This document shows, one piece after another, positions 59,594 through 64,000 of a stretch of DNA of 64,000 nt. Where the stretch lies: assembly GCA_963662275.1 (NCBI GenBank), contig OY759316.1, positions 4,314,785 to 4,378,784 on the forward strand. The letters are read 5' to 3'. The first letter of the stretch is position 1. Each line of letters starts with the position of its first letter. Origin of the DNA: Candidatus Cloacimonadales bacterium (lineage in GTDB: Bacteria > Cloacimonadota > Cloacimonadia > Cloacimonadales > DAONDQ01). The position numbers and the translations under genes were made by a program. The notes under the pieces were generated by a model. It ran no database searches. It worked only from the letters and a program-made list of their open reading frames with translations, and was not told the origin of the DNA.

Positions 59594-61714
59594 TCAGATC
59601 GTCAGGCTAGCTTTTAAATAGGCACTGGATGTATTTCGTACGAAATGCCCCAAAGGATCATGATAAACAGACTTTTCATCCTGGTATTGACCTGTTTGAT
59701 AGCCAAGGTAAACAAACCAGTCTTTTCTAAATTCATATCTGTAATTACTGTAAAAGGAAAGATTGGCATAAGCTCCATTTGCATCGTAAGTAGTGGTACT
59801 CAATCCATTACGCCAAGTCATGCTGTTATTGAAATTGTAATTCAAATAGGCTGATCCAATCTGGTAGTTATTATCCAGGACAACGATAGAGCTGTCTATC
59901 CCGATATAGTTAATTCTATTGTAGTCATACTGATAGTTCGTTAGATTCATAGACCAATTAAATTTTTGTCCAACACTTCCGGCAAGATAAACAGTCTCAT
60001 TGGTAGTATATGAAGTTTTATTGAGACTATAAATCAAATATCTGCCACATCCTCCATTTACGTTAATACTAAATTTATCCCATTTGTATAAGCTACAACC
60101 TCCATTTGTATAAAATAGATCATGTTCTATACTCTCATATGCTTCACGACGACAATTACCACCCAATGTCAGGTTAAATTTGGACAGGAAATTGAACCAG
60201 GAAGAAGCGCTTACATTTGCATAGCTGAAAGATCGATTTGTATCCAGATGATTACTATATGCTGCACCGGAGTAAAAACCCCAGTTTCTCAGGGTTTTTT
60301 CTTTCGCGTCAGAATTCCAGGTTGCTGATAAATCATAGTTTTCATAACCATTATCCCAATAGGTACCCATATCAACTCGTAAGTCTCTTTGTACATTGCT
60401 ATATTTAGCTTGTATATTCCAATTCCCTGGATTAGCTTTAAAACGAGTATTAAACAAAGCTCCCTGTTTATCATCATCTTCGTCCGGGGCAGGATAATCA
60501 CGATGTTTAATACTATACATATGTGATGTACCAAAATGCAGGTTTTTCTTAAATTCCCAATCCCAATATCCTACCCCTATGTGATTGTAATATCCTGTAT
60601 TTATCCTGCTAGCGGTAGAAAGAACGACTTGAAATTTTGGGAGTGTCTTGATGATGGAAGCAAGCTGAAAAAAGTCATCATCATTAATGACATAACCATC
60701 GTCCATGATCTTTTTATCCTTAGCACAAAGATAGCCGTAATTAAGTGTTTTATTATTACCTGTCAGTTTTACGGCAATTTGAGGTTGTGCTATATACCGG
60801 GTATAAAACATACTATAATCCACACCAAATGCATCGATATCCTCTGTGAAGAAAAAGCGGTTTTCATCATATATTGGAGGGTATTTGTCATTATAATTAT
60901 TTTGTGCATCATCTGGAGGAACATCAGAGAAGTCTGGATTTAGGGCAACTTTCAGTTTTGTTTTAGTACTTGGATTGAAGCTGATATCCATTCCAACATG
61001 TTCAGGATCATAAGTTTCTTTTTTTTCCAGAAGATCATAACTCTTTACGAAATAGGGTCGAAACTTCCAATCAGAACTGCGTTTGATCTGATGCGTGAGG
61101 GTAATATCCAAGGATTGGGAAAAATATTTCTTCAGTTCCTTGGTATTCGCATATGGGCAACTATAAAACTCTTCATTTTTTTGATTATAACGGGTAAAGA
61201 TAATCTTCCATTTATAGGGAGGTTTAGCATTGAAACGCATATCCTTGAATGGTATTTTCATGACTGCTGTCCATAAGCTGTCATTATACTCTGTTGTTAG
61301 AGAATAGGTACTGTTCCATTGGAAATCTACATTCATATCACTTGTCCTGATTCCATCCTGTAGAGAACCTGTAGGATAAGCGATATATAAATATGCATAA
61401 TAAGCTTCAGGGATGGTGATCAACTGGATACGTAAAAGGTCACTGGTTGAACCGTAATCCTTGGGTGCGTATTCTCCCTTGATGAATGTGCTATCCACTC
61501 TTGCTTCATACCGGACATAGAAGTTTTCTTCATCATACCAGAGCCAGGCTTTTGTAGGTAATATCTCAGGTTTCTTATCATCAGGATCTATTCTCACGAA
61601 GTTTTCAAATAAGTTGGCATCTGTCTTAATAGGTTGAGATGAAAAAGGAATTTCGATAGCAGATATAGCTAAACAGAAGAGTATTAAAATAAGGATAACC
61701 AGATATAACTTCAT
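59594..61714 (-). CDS. Secreted/outer-membrane protein, CBM9-like N-terminus with DUF5916-like barrel
   Basis: WTAVMKIPFKDMRF, ALNPDFSDV, YDENRFFFTE, FYTRYI; barrel-like C-terminus YLKASLTI. Confidence 0.65.
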   Translation of the reverse strand: MKLYLVILILILFCLAISAIEIPFSSQPIKTDANLFENFVRIDPDDKKPEILPTKAWLWYDEENFYVRYEARVDSTFIKGEYAPKDYGSTSDLLRIQLITIPEAYYAYLYIAYPTGSLQDGIRTSDMNVDFQWNSTYSLTTEYNDSLWTAVMKIPFKDMRFNAKPPYKWKIIFTRYNQKNEEFYSCPYANTKELKKYFSQSLDITLTHQIKRSSDWKFRPYFVKSYDLLEKKETYDPEHVGMDISFNPSTKTKLKVALNPDFSDVPPDDAQNNYNDKYPPIYDENRFFFTEDIDAFGVDYSMFYTRYIAQPQIAVKLTGNNKTLNYGYLCAKDKKIMDDGYVINDDDFFQLASIIKTLPKFQVVLSTASRINTGYYNHIGVGYWDWEFKKNLHFGTSHMYSIKHRDYPAPDEDDDKQGALFNTRFKANPGNWNIQAKYSNVQRDLRVDMGTYWDNGYENYDLSATWNSDAKEKTLRNWGFYSGAAYSNHLDTNRSFSYANVSASSWFNFLSKFNLTLGGNCRREAYESIEHDLFYTNGGCSLYKWDKFSINVNGGCGRYLIYSLNKTSYTTNETVYLAGSVGQKFNWSMNLTNYQYDYNRINYIGIDSSIVVLDNNYQIGSAYLNYNFNNSMTWRNGLSTTTYDANGAYANLSFYSNYRYEFRKDWFVYLGYQTGQYQDEKSVYHDPLGHFVRNTSSAYLKASLTI

Positions 61715-61825
61715 TCAGCCTCCATCATTAATAGACAAAATCCACTGTACTAAGCTTAAGTGTATAACATTTAATTCACTTTGCTTGTCAATAAGATTAT
61801 TGTTATTTTGTTTATCCATTATTCA

Positions 61826-63686
61826 GAGACTGTTCAAAATTAACCTCCATTTTATGCAGCCTTATTGGTACTGACAGAGAAAAAGTGGTCTAAGTGCGAC
61901 CAGTCCACATTTTCTTGACATATCCGAGAGATATTTAAACTGGCTAAAAGCGATTCCTGACGCAGGATTGGTTGTCCTTTATCGACCAGTTCTTTGAACC
62001 AAAGCGAAAACACAAGGTTGCGAGTGGTTTCTTCAGATTTTAGACCAAATCTGCCGGATGTCACTTTCTTGATTTTGCGGTTCCAGCGTTCAGAGACATT
62101 GGAAGTCAAACCTTTGCTGAGGTGTCTCCAATCACTAATGATATTGCTTTTGATGTATTCGGCGGCGGTTGGGGGAGTAATAGCTGTCAGGCTTGAGATA
62201 CCCTTTTTCCTTCCGCCCGCCGTTTCTCTTCGGAAAGCTTTCATAATCCTCTTCTTAAAGAACTTGTCTCCCTCTTCAGGGAGATGACATTGACTGATTC
62301 TTTTGAAGAGGTTTCGTATTTTATGGAATTTGCAGAGCTGATAATGGACTTTGGGAAACACGGTTTTTCTGGCAGCCGCTAATGCTTTACTGCCATCACT
62401 GACAACCAGGATAGGATCTTTTCTATAGAGCTGTCTGAAGGTTCTGAAACATGCTTCGAATGATTCTTTCTTTGTGTCAGGATACAACTCACAAAATAGA
62501 GGGATGTGAGTCACAAAATCCACAATACTGATGACATAGTACGGAATACCTTTGATCTTCACATATTTCTCATCAATGCTGATCTTTCCGCTCCACTTAC
62601 CGATTGAGTTCAGAATCAGGCTCTGCAAATCACCGATTTCATGCCAGAGATTTGAGACTGTAGCTTTACAGGTGTTGAGCAGCAAAGCTATTGTCTCGAA
62701 GTTCATACCGCTTCCAACCAGGTAATGCACAAGCAGACACAGGTTCTTGCGTTCCAGACTATGGAATGGCTTTGAATCGGCTATTCTATGCGATGCATTG
62801 CCTTTAGCAGTCTTCATTTGTTCCAGGAGTCTGTCACAGATAACAGGTGTATTTTGCTGACCGGCAAGCAGTTTCAGTAGATGTACAGCATCACTGCCTA
62901 CTGTCTTTTTCAGAAGAAGCTTCTGAGCTTGCTTAACCACAGACAGGACATTGATCTGAGAAGCATATTTGCAGAAAGTGGCATACGACATTTGAAAATC
63001 ATGATGGCTGATGAACTCCTGATACATTACATTTAAAGGTAAAAGCAGGTTATCGATAACAAAACTCTCGATCTGAGGAATACACTCCAGCAGGTCAACT
63101 TTCCGGCTCAGATACGCCAGAATATCTTTGCCATGTTGCTCAAACTCCTGCCAGAAATTATGCACATTCCTGCGGTCTGCATAGTTAAACAGATTAGCTA
63201 TTTGCTGAAATGTGAGAAGATTGCCTCCGTTTATTCCTGTTATTAAGCGGAGGAATACCATTAAAAACTTGTGGTTGGATGTCGTTTCAGGCAAACAAAA
63301 TGAACATGGTACGTTAATACTTACATGGTATTGGTTACTTTCATGACTGACACTTACAGCTTCTTGAATTGGAGTGTTTTTTTGTCATAATATCCTCCCT
63401 TTTGTTACCAGGTAACAAATGCCATTGAAGCTATAGCAATAAACTTGTAAAGAACTATTTTATATACTTTTAGATACACTTATAGTCAATAGTGGAGTCG
63501 AAAAATTACTTACTATCGCTTATCTTTTGCTTTTAATCAAAAAGCTTAGCTTGAGAGTTTGGGTTATAGGAGATGCCGATATGTCAATTCTGGAAGTGAT
63601 ATCAAATTATGATCGTTTCGACCACTTTTCGCAACTTGATACTTCCTAACTTATTGTATATTATGAATAAATGCCTGAACAGTCTC
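61826..63686 (-). mobile_element. Mutator-like IS, copy 3 (diverged isoform, 1861 bp)
   Basis: Same 11-bp IRs; 8-bp TSD ATTATTCA (61818-61825 and 63687-63694). Confidence 0.95.
61852..63294 (-). CDS. DDE transposase, diverged isoform
   Basis: Same length and motifs as copies 1 and 2, with scattered substitutions. Confidence 0.9.
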   Translation of the reverse strand: MPETTSNHKFLMVFLRLITGINGGNLLTFQQIANLFNYADRRNVHNFWQEFEQHGKDILAYLSRKVDLLECIPQIESFVIDNLLLPLNVMYQEFISHHDFQMSYATFCKYASQINVLSVVKQAQKLLLKKTVGSDAVHLLKLLAGQQNTPVICDRLLEQMKTAKGNASHRIADSKPFHSLERKNLCLLVHYLVGSGMNFETIALLLNTCKATVSNLWHEIGDLQSLILNSIGKWSGKISIDEKYVKIKGIPYYVISIVDFVTHIPLFCELYPDTKKESFEACFRTFRQLYRKDPILVVSDGSKALAAARKTVFPKVHYQLCKFHKIRNLFKRISQCHLPEEGDKFFKKRIMKAFRRETAGGRKKGISSLTAITPPTAAEYIKSNIISDWRHLSKGLTSNVSERWNRKIKKVTSGRFGLKSEETTRNLVFSLWFKELVDKGQPILRQESLLASLNISRICQENVDWSHLDHFFSVSTNKAA

Positions 63687-63890
63687 ATTATTCAACACAG
63701 AATATTCAAACTTAATGGTTCGGATTCAGATCGAATTGTGATTGGTTATTTGTACTTATTCGTTGTGGATGCCAGTACAATAATTTTGCTTTTCGAAACA
63801 ACGCAGTTGATGCTTCTCCTGAATAAAACAAATTGGCAAGAGGCTGATTTTCATTAATATAACTGTAATAGAATGCAATAGGAGGAAGAC

Positions 63891-64000
63891 ATGAAGCATA
63901 AATCGATTTGTAATCAAACATATAATTTCATTAAGAATTTCCCTTGGGAGGAATTTGGAAGAATCATTATTACCATGACTGAAATCACGATTGCTGTTGT
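63891..64000 (+). CDS. Hypothetical protein, 5' part only (runs off the window)
   Basis: AGGAGG RBS then ATG; frame open to the window end (MKHKSICNQTYNFIKNFPWEEFGRIII...). Confidence 0.4.
   Translation, partial: MKHKSICNQTYNFIKNFPWEEFGRIIITMTEITIAV

Overview
AT-rich bacterial chromosomal window, most likely Candidatus Cloacimonadota or another FCB-group lineage. This is inferred from many secreted proteins ending in an 'NYPNPFNP...YNIKGQ.V' FlgD/Por-type C-terminal domain and from two PorV-like barrels. Housekeeping content: type II secretion/type IV pilus genes, glyS, an aminotransferase, purM, hutH, truA, plsC, dprA, obgE and tRNA-Ala(CGC). It also holds a TonB-dependent receptor-ExbB-ExbD-ExbD-TonB-PorV-CTD operon. 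Accessory content: three 1861-bp copies of a Mutator-like (IS256/ISH6-type) IS with 8-bp TSDs, an IS1182-family element splitting a radical SAM gene, a RAYT transposase with ten GTAG-REPs around a type IIG/ISP-like R-M gene, several other palindromic repeat families, and an FGE-sulfatase (CLec) gene whose 3' end looks like a DGR variable region. The strongest signal is that all three independent IS insertions have TTGAC(A/T), a sigma70 -35 hexamer, starting exactly 35 nt beyond the right end and facing a downstream gene. Their transposase also appears to need a +1 shift at an A7 run just after the start codon. All product calls come from motif recognition by eye; no database searches were run.
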